From: Mobula hypostoma
Taxonomy: Eukaryota
Assembly: GCF_963921235.1 (NCBI RefSeq)
Contig: NC_086097.1
Span: 194,434,001-194,498,000, forward strand
Direction of reading: 5' to 3'
DNA length: 64,000 nucleotides
In this document: positions 50,051-63,900 of the stretch, in pieces
Layout of the letters: each line of letters starts with the position of its first letter
How positions within the stretch are numbered: the first letter of the stretch is position 1
The notes under the pieces: generated by a model
Told to the model about the DNA's origin: nothing
Seen by the model: the letters and a program-made list of their open reading frames with translations, nothing else
Databases searched by the model: none
Made by a program: the position numbers and the translations under genes

Positions 50051-51156
50051 TGTCATGGTCCGATCCGTGAAGTCCGCATTCCGGTTCACGGTCCGGTCCA
50101 TCGACCCTTGCTCCAGGTTTTCCCGTCTACCCTGTTTCTGTTCCTGTTCAGCACTAATTGAGGCAGCTGATGCTCATTGAGGCTGGCTGCATAAATACCT
50201 CCAGAGACCAGGGTGTGGCTGCTGGATTGTTCTTGTCCTTACTCCTTGTATCCCTTCCCCTGACTCTGTTTCCTTGCCTGAAGCCTTGCCGGTAACTCTC
50301 GCTTTGCATTGCCTGAAGCTTTGCCTTGTCTTGCTGGTAACACTCGCCTCGCCTTGCCTGAAGTTCTTGTCTCGCCTTGTGTTGCCGGAAGCCTTGCCTT
50401 GTCTTGACGCTAACTCTCGCCTTGCCTTGCCTGAAGTCTTGTCTTGGAGCCACCCTGTATCTAGGTCCCTTCCTGTCCCTTGCCTCTGTCAGGTAAGTCA
50501 GGCCATCTTGCTGATACCCTGCAGTTGGTTCTGTCCCTTCCTGTCCCTTGCCTCCGTTGGGTAAGCCAGACCGTATTGCCATTACCCTAGGGTTGGTTCT
50601 ATCCCTTCCTGTCCCTTGCCTCTGTCGGGTAAGCCAGGCCACCTTGCCATTACCCTACGGTTGGTTCTGTCCCTTCCTGTCCCTTGCCTCCGTCGGGTAA
50701 GCCAGGCCGTCTTGCCGTTACCCTATGGTTGGTTCTGTCTCTTCCTGTGTCTTGCCTCCGTTGGAGTACTGCGCCCTGCCCAGGAGTACCACACCCTGCC
50801 CAGGAGGAGCTTCAAGACCCCAAGTCTCTAGCCGAGCCTTGCCTCGAGTCCCTGGCCCCCAGCCTTGCCTCGAGTCTCAAGCCTGAAGACTCCAGCCTCA
50901 TCCTGCCTGCCAGCCAAGTCACGTCCTTGCTTAGTTCCGGGGTCCGAGCCAGAAGCAAGACCCAGGTTCTGGGTCCTTGTCCAGTCTCTGGCTCGGAGTC
51001 CAAGCCCTGGCTCCTAGCTCTCTTGTCCTGTCCTGTTCCGGTTTCCCGGTTTTCGTGTCCATGTCCTTGCCCTCACCCTCTATCCTAGTCCTGTCCCTAG
51101 TACTTCAGTGTCTGTGTCTTACACTCAGGTCCGTCCACAGCCACCCCATTATGACA
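50051..51156 (+). mobile_element. Solo LTR (Gypsy-like), 1106 bp
   Basis: TGTCAT...ATGACA termini; 5-bp TSD CCCTG at 50046-50050 and 51157-51161; CATAAATA box near 50190. Confidence 0.88.
50465..50763 (+). repeat. 68-bp tandem repeat, about 4.4 copies, inside the solo LTR
   Basis: Units start at 50465, 50533, 50601, 50669, 50737. Confidence 0.92.
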
Positions 51157-52134
51157 CCCTGTTATAATCTTTCATCCATGATTCCATGATGGGTTGACCA
51201 TGGCCTTATAGAATGACAAAGAAGGGAAATGCATGGTGCACTCTGCTTCTGATGTCTATTTTCTCATGAATATCAATTATTAGCAGCTAATTTCTTGTCA
51301 TAGATCATCATTGCCTGGGATGTTATTGGGATAAAAGTTATTTGTAACTTATTAGCGTTATTTATATTCTGGTATGGACTTCTTCCTTAGCTGAGGAATT
51401 GCATAATGCTTTGAATATTGTGCAATTAATAGTTGATCTACCCTCATTCTGACTTTATCATAGAACGAAAGGCATTGATGAAGCAGCAACAGATATAAGT
51501 AATCTGTCAGGCAATTGCATTACATCAGGCATGGGAGAAAAAAATCCTGTGAATGAAGGTATTGAATTAAAGCCCAAAATAACCTGTTCCACTGTACATT
51601 GATATTATTACTAGTAAAGATGATCTATAAGCACCTTGCATGCTCTGATATAGATGGTGATGATGATGCCCAGAAGGCATTGGCATCCTTGAGCAGAATG
51701 GACACTATTACAGCAATAACATTCAGAGGCGCCCATCTAAAGGTACCGGTTTTTACACAAAACACTTGCTGCTTTATTCCAAATTCATGCTGCTTGTTGG
51801 ATCTAGAAATTTGTCATTTATGTTTATTGAGTAATAATTTGAGGTACATTGCAATTTTACAATAGGGAAACAATCTTGAGTTATTTCAGGAAAGAAAGTA
51901 GACACTAAACCAAAGGTGGAAAGTGAAAAAGTTTCATCAAAAATATGGGTTTAATGGAGAAGAGAAAAGTAGAAAGGCAAAGAAATTAAGGGAGAGGATG
52001 TGCGGGAGGTTTGGGAGGGGGGCCTTCAACTTCACTAATGATACAGCTGAAAGAAGAGTGAAGAGAGAAGTGCAATTCAGGAGTGGGGTTATGAGAAACT
52101 GAGAATTCAGGAAGGGAGGTGGGGATAAAGAAAG

Positions 52135-52235
52135 TCCTGAAGAAAGGTGTTGTTCCGAAATGACGACTGTTTATTCTTTTTCCTAGATGCTGCCTGACCT
52201 GAGTTACTCCAACATTTTGTTTGTGTTGATCATGC
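52135..52235 (+). mobile_element. 101-bp hammerhead-headed PLE mini-insertion with 11-bp TSD
   Basis: GATAAAGAAAG at 52124-52134 and 52236-52246; AGTC-CTGAAGA...GAAA-TGAC-GACT. Confidence 0.8.
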
Positions 52236-52883
52236 GATAAAGAAAGATCTTCAGTAAATAGAATCTGTACTGCTGAAAACACAACAGCCAATGGTTTGAT
52301 AAAGAGCGCTGAATCATACATATCTATTGCGCAGAAAATGTCATTTAGCCTTTGTTTAAATTTATTTAGAGATAAGCACGTAACAGGTCCTTCTAGCTCA
52401 ACAAGCCCACACTGCAAATCATATGGCAAATCAAGTAATGAGTTCTGGAATCCCAATCTATCAAAATTTCACTGCAAATAAGATTCTTCAATCCTGATAT
52501 TATCAAAATTCACTTTATTTGCTACAATGTAATGATCAGCTCTCTGTAATGTGATGATAGGATTAGGAGCAGCACTCCAGCTATAATGCAGCAGGTTCTT
52601 TCCGTTTAAATAAGTGAGGGATGAGATCTCAAAGTAAAAGGTTAAACTAACCTGATTTACATCTTGCTCTTACCCATGAGATCCTTGAACCACACTTACA
52701 CTCACAGCCAGGCAGCTCCCACTACCCTGGAAGCCTCAGTAATCTGGACGTCCTGAGAATGGAGTCTGGCTCAAGTGTGTGAATTTCATTACCTCTTACT
52801 CATACTTCGATGAATGAGATATTCCTTGTCAAATTCTGCGACCGTCACTTCAAGGTGAGGCATTAGGAACGGATGAAGTTATA

Positions 52884-55800
52884 CATAGTCATAGTCATAC
52901 TTTATTAATCCCGGGGGAAATTGGTTTTCGTTACAGTTCCTCCATAAATAATAAATAGTAATAGAACCATAAATAGTTAAATAGTAATATGTAAATTATG
53001 CCAGTAAATTATGAAATAAGTCCAGGACCAGCCTATTGGCTCAGGATGTCTGACCCTCCAAGGGAGGAGTTGTAAAGTTTGATGGCCACAGGCAGGAAAG
53101 ACTTCCTATGACGCTCAGTGCTACATCTCGGTGGAATGAGTCTCTGGCTGAATGTACTCCTGTGCCCACCCAGTACATTATGTAGTGGATGGGAGACATT
53201 GACCAAGATGGCATGCAACATGGACAGCATCCTCTTTTCAGACACCACCGTAAGAGAGTCCAGTTCCATCCCCACAACATCACTTGCCTTACGAATAAGT
53301 TTGTTGATTCTGTTGGCGTCTGCCACCCTCAGCCTGCTGCCCCAGCACACAACAGCAAACATGATAGCACTGGCCACCACAGACTCGTAGAACATCCTCA
53401 GCATCGTCTGGCAGATGTTAAAGGACCTCAGTCTCCTCAGGAAATAGAGACAGCTCTGGCCCTTCTTGTAGACAGCCTCAGTGTTCTTTGACCAGTTCAG
53501 TTTATTGTCAGTTCGTATCCCCAGGTATTTGTAATCCTCCACCATGTCCACACTGACCTCCTGGGTGGAAACAGGGGTCACCGGTACCTTAGCTCTCCTC
53601 AGGTCTACCACCAGCTCCTTAGTCTTTTTCACTTTAAGCTGCAGATAATTCTGCTCACATCATGTGACAAAGTTTCCTACCATAGCCCTGTACTCAGCCT
53701 CATCTCCCCTGCTGATACATCCAACTATGGCAGAGTCATCCGAAAACTTCTGAAGATGACAAGACTTTGTGCAGTAGTTGAAGTCCGAGGTGTAAATAGT
53801 GAAGAGAAAGGGAGACAAGACAGTCCCCTGTGGAGCCCCAGTGCTGCTGATCACTCTGTCGGACACACAGTGTTGCAAGCACACGTACTGTGGTCTGCCA
53901 GTCAGGTAATCAAGAATCCATGACACCAGGAAAGCATCCACCTGCGTCTCTGTCAGCTTCTCCCCCCGCAGAGCAGGGTGGATGGTGTTGAACGTGCTGG
54001 AGAAGTCAAAAAACATGACTCTCACAGTGCTCGCTGGCTTGTCCAGGTGGGCATAGACAGGGTTCAGCAAGAAGACGATGGCATCCTGAACTTCTAGTCG
54101 GGGCTGGTAGGCGAACTGGAGAGGATCTAAGTGTGACCTGACCATAGGCCGGAGCAGCTCCAGAACAAGTCCCTCCAGGGTCTTCATGATGTGGGAGGTC
54201 AATGCCACTGGTCTGTAGTCATTGAGTCCGCTGGGGTGCGGCGTCTTCGGCACAGGGACGAGGCAGGATGTCTTCCACAGTGCAGGAACCCTCCGGAGGC
54301 TCAGGATCAGGTTGAACACATGGCGAAGTACTCCACACAGCTGAGGGGCACAAGCTTTGAGCACCCTGGTACTGACACCATCCAGTCCTGCAGCCTTGCT
54401 TGGGTTGAGACGTTTCAGCTGTCTTCTCACCTGTAGAGCTGTGAAGCCCACTGTGGTGGTTTCGTGTGGGGAAGTGGTATAGTCATGAGAGCAGGGTGGG
54501 GGACTGTGAGGAGGGGTAGGAGGGGAGAGTGGAATATGTGTTGGTTGAGGGCCGACAACAGATAGCTCATGTGTGGGATGGGCAGGGGCCACACTGTCAA
54601 ATCTGTTAAAGAACAGGTTAAGTTCATTGGCCCTGTTCACACTGCCTTCCGCTCCTCTGTTGCTAGTTTGCCGGAACCCAGTGATGGTCCTCATCTCCCT
54701 CCAGACCTCTCTCATGTTGTTCTGCTAGAGTTTCCATTCAAGCTTCCTCCTGTACCTGTCTTTAGCCTCCCTGATCCTGGCTTTCAGGTCACTCTGTATT
54801 GCCCTCAGCTCCTCCCTATTTCCATCTCTAAACACCCTCTTTTTAGCGTTCAGGATGTCCTTAATGTCCTTTGTCACCCATGGCTTGTTATTTGAATAAC
54901 AAAGGACAGTTCTTGTCGGAACATTGCAGTCCACACAGAAGTTGATATAATCAGTGATGCACTCTGTGAGCCCATCAATATCCTCTCCATATGGCTCACA
55001 GAGTGCCTGCCAGTCTGTCACCTCAAAACAACCCTGGAGCGCCTCATAAGCCTCCTCTGACTATTTCCTCACTGTCCTCGAGGTTGCAGGTTTACTCTTC
55101 ACCAGAGACACGTAGCAGGGTTTTAGATGCACCAGGTTGTGATCTGACCTTCCCAGTGGGGGAAGGGGAGAGGAGCTGTATGCATCCTTAACGTTAGCGT
55201 ACATCAAATCCAGAGTCCTCTCCCCTCTGGTTGTACAGCTCACATACTGCGTGAAGTTGGGCAGTGTTCTAGCCATGGTAACCTGGTTGAAGTCACCTGA
55301 GATGTAATGAGGGCACTCAGGTGCTGGGTTTGTAGTCTGGCTATGACGGTGTAAATGATGTTACACGCCAAAGTCGGGTTGGCAGAGGGAGGGATGTACA
55401 CAACACCCACAATTGCATGCGAGATTTCCCTTCGCAAATAATATGGCCGGAGTCCAACAGCAAAAAGTTCAATATCTGGGCTACAGACCCGTTCCTTGAT
55501 CGTAATATGCCCAGGATTGCACCATCTGTTATTTACCAGAACCGCAAGCCCCCCCTCCTTTACGCTTACCGCTCTGTGTGCAATTCCGGTCAGCTCGAAC
55601 GGTCTGGAAGCCCTCTATGGAAACGCTTTGATCGGGTATGTCCTCGTGCAGCCACGTCTCAGTGAAGCACATGACACTGCTCTCCCGAAATGTTCTCTGA
55701 CTCCTGACAAGCGCAGTCAGTTCATCCATTTTATTCCCCAGCGATCTCACATTTCCCATGATAAGAGAGGGGAGACACGGCTTATAATTTCTCTTCTCCA

Positions 55801-56095
55801 AAAGCCTCTGTTGTCTCGACCCGGTCCTCTTCCCTCGCCTTTTTGATCCCCCTCTGCATCCTCTGTGTGTTTTCCTCCAGATTTCAGCCGGTATGTCCGC
55901 TGCTCTGTTCGATAAACCGGCCGGCATGAGCATAATCAATTGTTCCCTGGAATACACAATGCGGCCATCCTGCTGCCACACTAACGAGACGTGTCTGAAT
56001 GTAACTAATTCCAGCTCTAAAAAAACAAGTAAAACTCTCTCCACCAGCATGTTAGAGAGGGTGCAGCTTCAATGTGTTACCGTGAGAGAAAAAAA
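52884..56095 (-). mobile_element. Near full-length Rex1/Babar LINE, frameshifted
   Basis: MGNVRSLGNKMDEL, CFTETWL, GRSDHN, LNDYRPVALTSH, GAPQG, KFSDD; (CTATGA)n tail. Confidence 0.93.
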
Positions 56096-56577
56096 TACAA
56101 CAAACAGATTTGTCAAACCAAGTGAGTATGCATGGTCTATGAGATAGCTGATGAAATGGCCCGAGTAATGAATACAAGTAGTCAAGATAGTCAAGTAGTC
56201 AAGTCAGTAGTAGCTCCTTGTCAACAAGCAAAATCTGCACTTCTAGAGTTTTGATACCGAGTGATACAAGTCTTCAAGTAATTGAATCCTCATAGGTCCT
56301 ATGTGAACTTATGTTCACAATCCAATTTGGGGCAAATAACACCTGCTGATTTACTTTGGACTAAATATTGGAATCTAAAAGACCAATAGGGATTTATGGC
56401 ATTTGACTGGCTTATTTGGGCTTTCTGTGTCACTAAGTTCAGTTGTTCCTTCCTGTTCAGGGGCCCTTGACATAAAATGTCCATTCAGTATATCGATTCT
56501 ACACGGATTCACAGAGCAATTTTATTCCATCACTTATTTCCATGTAACTTATTCTCTCTCATATGCTCTTTATTTCC

Positions 56578-57739
56578 CTATAACCATATAACAATTACAG
56601 CACAGAAACAGGCCATCTCGGCCCTTCTAGTCCGTGCCGAACTCTTACACTCACATAGTCCCACCACGCTGCAATCAGCCCATACACCTCCATTCCTTTC
56701 CTGTCCATATAGCTGTCCAATTTAACTTTAAATGACAACATCGAACCTGCCTCAACCACTTCTGCTGGAAGCTCATTCCACACAATTACCACTTTCTGAG
56801 TAAAGTTCCCCCTCATGTTACCCTTAAACTTTTGCCCTTTAACTCTCAACTCATGTCCTCTTGTTTGAATCTCCCCCACTCTCAATGGAAAAAGCCTATC
56901 CACGTCAACTCTATCTATCCCTCTCATAATTTTAAATACCTCTATCAAGTCTCCCCTCAACCTTCTATGCTCCAAAGAATAAAGATCCAACTTGTTCAAC
57001 TTTTCTCTGTAACATATGTGATGAAACCCAGGTAACATTCTAGTAAATCTTCTCTGTACTCTCTCTATTTTGTTGACATCTTTCCTATAATTTGGTGACC
57101 AGAACTGTACATAATACTCCAAATCTGGCTTTACCAATACCTTGTACAATTTCAACATTACATCCCAAATCCTATACTCAATGCTCTGATTTATAAAGGC
57201 CAGAATACCAAAAGCTTTCTTCACCACCCTATCCACATGAGATTCCACCTTCAGGCAACTATGCAGCATTATTCCTAGATCCCTCTGTTCTACTGCATTC
57301 TTCAGTGCCCTACCACATACCATGTATTTCCTATTTTGATTAGTCCTACCAAAATGTAGCACCTCACATTTATCAGCATTAAACTCCATCTGCCATCTTT
57401 CAGCCCACTCTTCTAACTGGCCTAAATCTCTCTGCAAGCTTTGAAAACCTACTTCATTATCCACAATTCCACCTATCTTAGTATCATCTGCATACTTACT
57501 AATCCAATTTACCACCCCATCATCCAGATCATTAATATATATGACAAACAACATTAGACCCAGTACAGATCCCTGAGGCTCACCACTAGTCTCTGGCCTC
57601 CAATCCGACAAACAGTTATCTACCACTACTCTCTGATGTCTCCCATCCAGCCACTGCTGAATCCATTTTACTATTTCAATATTAATACCTAACGATTGAA
57701 CCTTCCTAACTAACCTTCCACGTGGAACCTTGTCAAAGG
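56578..57739 (-). mobile_element. Young CR1 3' 1.15 kb
   Basis: 343-aa open RT C-terminus with KYADD; (TATATGGT)n tail. Confidence 0.93.
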
Positions 57740-57808
57740 ACTAGTTTCGAACCCAGGAACCTCCGCTCCCAGGTCCAGTTCCTATGTCGTTGCGCCACCA
57801 GCCAGCCC
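57740..57808 (-). mobile_element. tRNA-derived SINE head fused to the CR1 5' truncation point
   Basis: GGGCTGGCTGGTGGCGCAACG...CCTGGGTTCGAAAC; homologous to 31298-31368. Confidence 0.75.
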
Positions 57809-58334
57809 TATTTCCTTTTGGATTTTCCCATGCTCCATCTCAGCAAGGGATAATTCACAATGGGAGGTAACTGGAGGGCACAGGAAACCCAGATTACATG
57901 AAGAACATGTGACTTCCTCACAGATGGCACCAGTAGTCAAATAGGGTTGCTGGAGCTGTGGGCAGCAGCAATAAATGTTACATCATTATTTAATCCCTGA
58001 GGATCTTTAATTGCAACTCTGCTGAATGAGATGTCCGTGATTTTCTAAATGCAATACAAAGCTAATAATGGCGTTATTTAAAATAGATCATGAACAATTG
58101 CTTGAAGAGATCCAGGTACACAGAAAATAAAGACAGATGTGATCTTAAAAACAAGATGGACCTTGTTAAATTTGGGTGTAAGTTTGCTCTCTGTGAATTG
58201 ACTTTATTTCTTACATCCTTCACATATATGAGGAGTAAAAATCTTTACGTTACCTCTCTGTCTAAATGTGCAATGTGCAATTTATAGTAATTTGTAATAT
58301 ATAGTATGTACAACAGGACAGTCAATATAGCAAA

Positions 58335-60470
58335 GTCACATGTATCAGTATCACAATGGAATAAAGGGAATTGCAGAGGCTTGATAGATGATGTTTCCCA
58401 GGTGGATTGGAGGAGGATACTGGCAGAGATGGCAGCAGAGCAGAGATGGCTAAAGTTTCTGTGAATAGTTCACAAGACGCAAGATAGGTACGTCCCACAG
58501 AAGAAGAAATTCTCAAATGGCAGCAGTAGGCAGCTGTGGCTGACAAAGGAAGTTAAGGGCTGCATAAAAGCCAAGGAAAGGGCATATAAGGTAGCAAATG
58601 TGAGGGGGGAGTTGGATGATTGGGAATCTTTTAAAACCCAAGAAAAGGTAACTTAAAAAGCTATAAGAAGGGAAGAGGTTAAATATGAGGACAAACTAGC
58701 CAATAATATAAATCAGGATACCAAAAGTCTTTTTCAGTTATATAAAGGGAGCTGAGAGTTGATATTGGACCACTGGAAAATGATGCTGGTGAGGTAGTAA
58801 TGGGGGACAAAGAAATGGCAGACGAATTTAGTGGGTACTTTGCATCAGTCTTCACTGTGGAAGACACTAGCAGTGTGCCAGAGGTCCATGAGTGTCAGGG
58901 AGCAGGAGTGTATGCTATTGCTATTACAAAGGAAAAAGTGCTAGGCAAACAGAAAGGTCTTAAGATGCATAACTCACCTGGACCAGATGGACTACATCCC
59001 AGAGTCCTGAGAGAGGTTGCTGAAGAGATGAGGGATGCATTGGCCGTGATCTTTCAAGAATCACATGATTCTGGCACGGTTCTGGAGGACTGGAAGATTG
59101 CAAATGTCACTCCACTTTCAGGAAGGGAGGAAGGCAAAAGAAAGGAAACTATATGCCAGTTAGCCTAACCTTAGTGGTTGGGAAAGTGTTGGAGTCTATT
59201 ATTAAGGATGAGGTTTCAGCATGGTGTCTGTAATAGAAAATCTTGCCTGACAAATCTCTTAGAGTTCTTTGATGAAGTAACAAGCAGGGTGGACAAAGGA
59301 GAAGCAGTGGATGTCAATTACTTGGATTTTCAGAAGGCACACGAGGCTGCTTAACAAGATAAAATCCTATGGTGTTATAGGAAAGATACTGGCTTGGATA
59401 AAGGAATGGCTGACAGGCAGGAGGCAGTGAGTGGAATAAAAGGGGTTGGCTGCTGGTGACTAGTGGTGTTCCTCAGGGATCAGTATTTGGACAGCTACTT
59501 ATCACACTGTTTGTCAATGAAATGATGTGGATAATGGAATTGGTAGCTTTGTGGCAAAGTTTGCAGATGATATGAAGGTAGGTGGAGGGGTAGATAGTGC
59601 TGAGGAAGCAATGCAATTGCAGCAGGACTTAGACAAATTAGAAGAATGGGCAAAAAGTGGCAGATGGAATATGGTGTTGCGAAATGTATGATATTGCATT
59701 TGGGTAAAAGGAACAATAGTGCAGACTATTATCTAAATGGGGAGAACGTTCAAACATCAATGGTGCAGAGGAACTTGGGAGTCATTGTGCAAGGCTCCCA
59801 GAAGGTTAATTTACAGGTCGAGTCTGTGGTAAAGAAGCCAAATGCAATGTTGGCATTTATTTCAAGGGGAATAGAATATAAAAGAAAGGAGATAGTGCTG
59901 AGCCCTTATAAGGCACTAGCCAGGCCACACTTGGAGTATTGTCAACAGCTTTGGCTCCCATATCCCAGAACGGATGTGTTGTCATTGGAGAAAATCCAGA
60001 GGAGGTTCATGGGGATGATTTTGGGAATGAAGGGGTTAACATATGAGGAACATTTGGCAGCTTTCAGCTTGTACTCACTGGAATTTAGAAGAATACGGGG
60101 GAATCTCTTTGAAACCTACCAAATGTTGAAAGGACTAAATAGCGTGGATGTTTCCTGTGATGGGCATATCCAGAACTAGAGGGCAAAGCCTCAAAATTGT
60201 AGGGCGAACTTTTAGAATGGAAGTAGGGCAATTTTTTCTAGCCAGAGAGTAGTGAATCTGTGGAATGCTCTGCCATAGACTGCAATGGAGGCCAAGTCCG
60301 TGGGTATATTTAAGATGGAAGTTGATTGTTTCCTGATCAGTCAGGGTATCAAAGGAAGTGGTGAGAAGGCAGATGTATGGGGTTGAGTGGGATCCGGAAT
60401 CAGACATGATGGAATGGCAGAGCAGACTCGATGGGCTGAATGACCTATTTCTGCTCCTATGTCTTATGGT
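58335..60470 (+). mobile_element. Decayed CR1 ORF2 and 3' UTR
   Basis: SPGPDGLHPRVL, KFADD, RPHLEYC. Confidence 0.9.
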
Positions 60471-61160
60471 GATATGATTATTCTCCATCTAGCTTACCTG
60501 AAAGTAATAGAATTTTTCATTTCCCAGCAGGGTAGGTAGGATAGAGTTACTTACCATAATGAAGCTATTATGAAACAATAGTCTTGGATTGTTTTGCAGA
60601 AGCTATCCTTTTTAGAGTAAAGTTTATAACTGGCCTTTTAAATGTTAGTGTAGATCCCTGGATGTGTATTGCTGCACAGGTTATTATTGCTTTGTTCTTG
60701 GTTCTAATGGTTATCCAATGTATTTTTCCCAGTGATTTTTTATGGCAACTTTAATATATTAAGAGTTTGTGTGCCACATCCCATTCTAGATCTTTTTTTG
60801 ATGATTTTGTTTGTCTTCATATCATGATATTGTGATTAAGTATAATTGATTGCTGTTAAATGCCTTAATATACGGTATGAAAGTGGGTACATTTTATCAT
60901 GCTTCTTCATGTCTTTGTATTGATGATATTTTAAAACCTTTATCAGTATTATTTGATATAGTCATGAATGCTGGTGTTCTTTTTGAGCTATATTCGCTCA
61001 GACATATAAACAGTAGCATGATCCCCAGGGTTTTCTGTGGATCAACAGGGGGGAGATGTTGGCCTTGGTGGCTTTGAAATATGGAATAAAGTGTCAAACT
61101 CAAAAGAGTCAAGGACAGTGGAAGTAGACAGGTCAATTATCTTTGTTCCTGCCAGGAGCT

Positions 61161-61840
61161 TGTTGATGGAGGCTGCCATTTTATGGAAATATTTTACGTC
61201 CTCCATTTTATGTGTTAGTTGCTTGGCTTGATCAGTGTATTAAAGAAGACACAATGATGCTTCAGATAATCTGCTGGACTAGAGATCATTTCTGAATATA
61301 AAGTTATTTGTCATATGTTCTTTGGTTTTATATAACATGCAGGTTTTTGACTGTTGGAGTCAGTATCTGTTTTGCATGATCATGCTCATTGCTGCTTGAG
61401 AACAGAGAGCCATAAATTACCGATTGTCACTTGCTGGGAAGAGGGAATTAATGGATGCTGGCCTGGAGCAGAGCCAATATAAAGGTGTTAAAAGTCTGAC
61501 ACATGACATGGGCTACATTTGAATCGGTAAGAAAGGAATATAAAAGTGGACATCTCGATTGCACTCTCAGTGATAACTTCGGAGAATCACCATTGTGAGG
61601 AAGAACCACCAGCCAGGGGCTGGGAGAAGAAAGGATCAATCTTCTGACCAACAGAGGTCCCCTATTTCGGTGTTATAAATTGGACAAGTTGTCTGAATGT
61701 GTATTGGTACAGGGAGAAAAGTAGAATTCATGCTCTAAGTTGTTGGCCCGGGGTCAACAAAGTCATGTTGTTGTTTGCACAGAGACAATAAATTGTAAGC
61801 TTAGACTAATTATGTGTTGTGTAGTGAGTTACATTCAACA
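61161..61840 (+). mobile_element. Possible old solo LTR
   Basis: TGTTGA...TCAACA termini, TATAAAA near 61538, AATAAA near 61787; no matching TSD. Confidence 0.4.
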
Positions 61841-62830
61841 GCATTTAAAATATTGAAGTGAAAATTAAATATGTAGATTTATTTTAAAAATATAATCACT
61901 TAAACAGATAAGTACTGGGGATTCCAGCAAACTCCTGCTTCTCTGTTAGAGTCATTCTGAGCGCAGGGAGGAAAATGTTAAGGGCCAACAAGCTCAGAGC
62001 TTCCGAATTCACGTGGAACTTATGAAATCTGCAAGCATTTCATTGAATAACTGATAGCAGTTCTATGCAGAACTGTCAATAAGACTCAGCAAAATCCAAG
62101 CCAGTGTTTTAAAATTAACTGGAATCTGAATATGATTGTCCACTACTTAGAAATAAAATAGCGGCATAAGATAAATTACTAAAGTTAAAAAAAAACATGC
62201 TGAATTTTCTGATTTTTTAAAATGCTAACTGCATGATTAAAGTCTTTCCTGGATTGCAAAGGAACAATAAATACCCTTAAAGAAATGGGGAGGAGACCCA
62301 CCCATGTACGAAATCTCAGTTCATTTAGAACAGTAACTTACCTCTGACCTGTACAATACATCTGGTTACCTGTGAAATAATAATAGCTGTAAAGTAATGA
62401 AGAATCAGCAGAAAATTCTTCACAAACAATAACTTGAACACTACTTTGGTTCCCATCTACTCATTCAATTTGACGAATAAATATGAATCTCATCACTAGA
62501 AATAGTGTATATTGCTAAAGAGCACAATGTTTTTTAATTGCTGAGGTTTGATTAAATAGTGATGAATATATCTTAACAAGCAGTAGTTTTATTCTATTCT
62601 GTATAACATGGGGCTATATGCATAAGCACATTTGAAATCATACTCTGGTGAAGACCATATTACTTACATACTCATTTTACATAACAATCTTTTCTCTAGG
62701 CTATATTAAAAAAAGTTATACTGAATTACATCAGTATTCCAGATGGTACAGAAAGTAATGGAAATATCTAAAGATATGTTTCTCTTTGGAACTATTCCAG
62801 TTATAGTTGGACAGTATTGTAATAAGTATG

Positions 62831-63900
62831 TTAACAATTCGGGGAGATATCAAGCAGGATGTCAAAGTGCTGAAGCTGGCAGTTAACAACACAGTCAATT
62901 TCATGCATTTTATTACAATTAAAATGTGCATTATTCAGATTACACCTTGTAGCTTCACCATAAATAATTTTCACATTGCCATTCACTTTCAGGGGACTTA
63001 TACTTGCATCATTCCAGATATTCACATTACTCATCAAATCCTTACTAATCACACTACTTGTCAGATACAACTTCTAGTTAACTTCCTTCAAACAGTTAAT
63101 TTAACTTAAAGATACATACGCATTTATATTGCAATCATCGTAATACTATTCATTACTCTCATAAGAATGATTAAATTGCTCATATCTTAACAACTCAGAA
63201 TTTATACTGGAGGTATTTTATATATTCTTCCCACTCACAAGATTCACTAGGCTCTCACTAGATAATGTAATAACAGAGTTAATGGCATCAGATTGTTTAG
63301 TTACACTTCTTTCATAATTGTTTATTTCATAACTATTTATTTCTTTATTTATTGATTCATTCCAGTCCATTTCATTGAGATACAGTGTGGAATAGGCCCT
63401 CCCAGCCTTTCGAGCCCTGCCACCCAGCGATCCCCCCATTTATTCTTAGTCTAATCACGGGACAATTTAAATAGCAGAAGGAGCCTAAAAAATTACATCT
63501 GGTCTCTAATTCCTGTTAACCTTAAAACTTGGTGCTCATTTCAGGAAAGTGGAAAGTGAGATTATAGGAATCTTGTGTGAAATATTTTGTAATTTAAGAG
63601 CAAACCCAGATTTATTGCTGGAGATACATCTGGGCAGAGAAACTAGTGAATTTTCATGTCCTTTAAGACCACATAAATGATTTGTTTCTACTAGTAGCAG
63701 AAGGAGGCTAGGCTGTGGTCCTTCCCCACAGAGCCTTTCCACTTAGTGCACCTCTCAGTATGTACTCCGGCAGCCCGGTATGTGCCAGTCTGCAGCACTC
63801 CCTTATGACATCTTACTGTACTGGAAGACTAGCAAGTTTTGGGCAGACTAAGGACATCTTTCCTTGTATGTCTTGGTCTCTTCCCCTGGAAACAATGTTA
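62831..63900 (-). pseudogene. Decayed gag-like / CCHC-knuckle ORF remnant
   Basis: CFQGKRPRHTRKD(CP after a 1-nt shift) resembles CX2CX4HX4C; Asn/Ser-rich frame at 62831-63340 with four internal stops. Confidence 0.35.
63340..63470 (-). mobile_element. SINE 3' end
   Basis: (TTTA)n tail + GAGATACAGTGTGGAATAGGCCCTCCC, as at 26575. Confidence 0.65.

Noticed and set aside
50465..50763. Regularly spaced repeats resembling a CRISPR array
   Set aside because: Whole 68-bp units repeat with no unique spacers, no cas genes, and they lie inside an LTR in eukaryotic DNA
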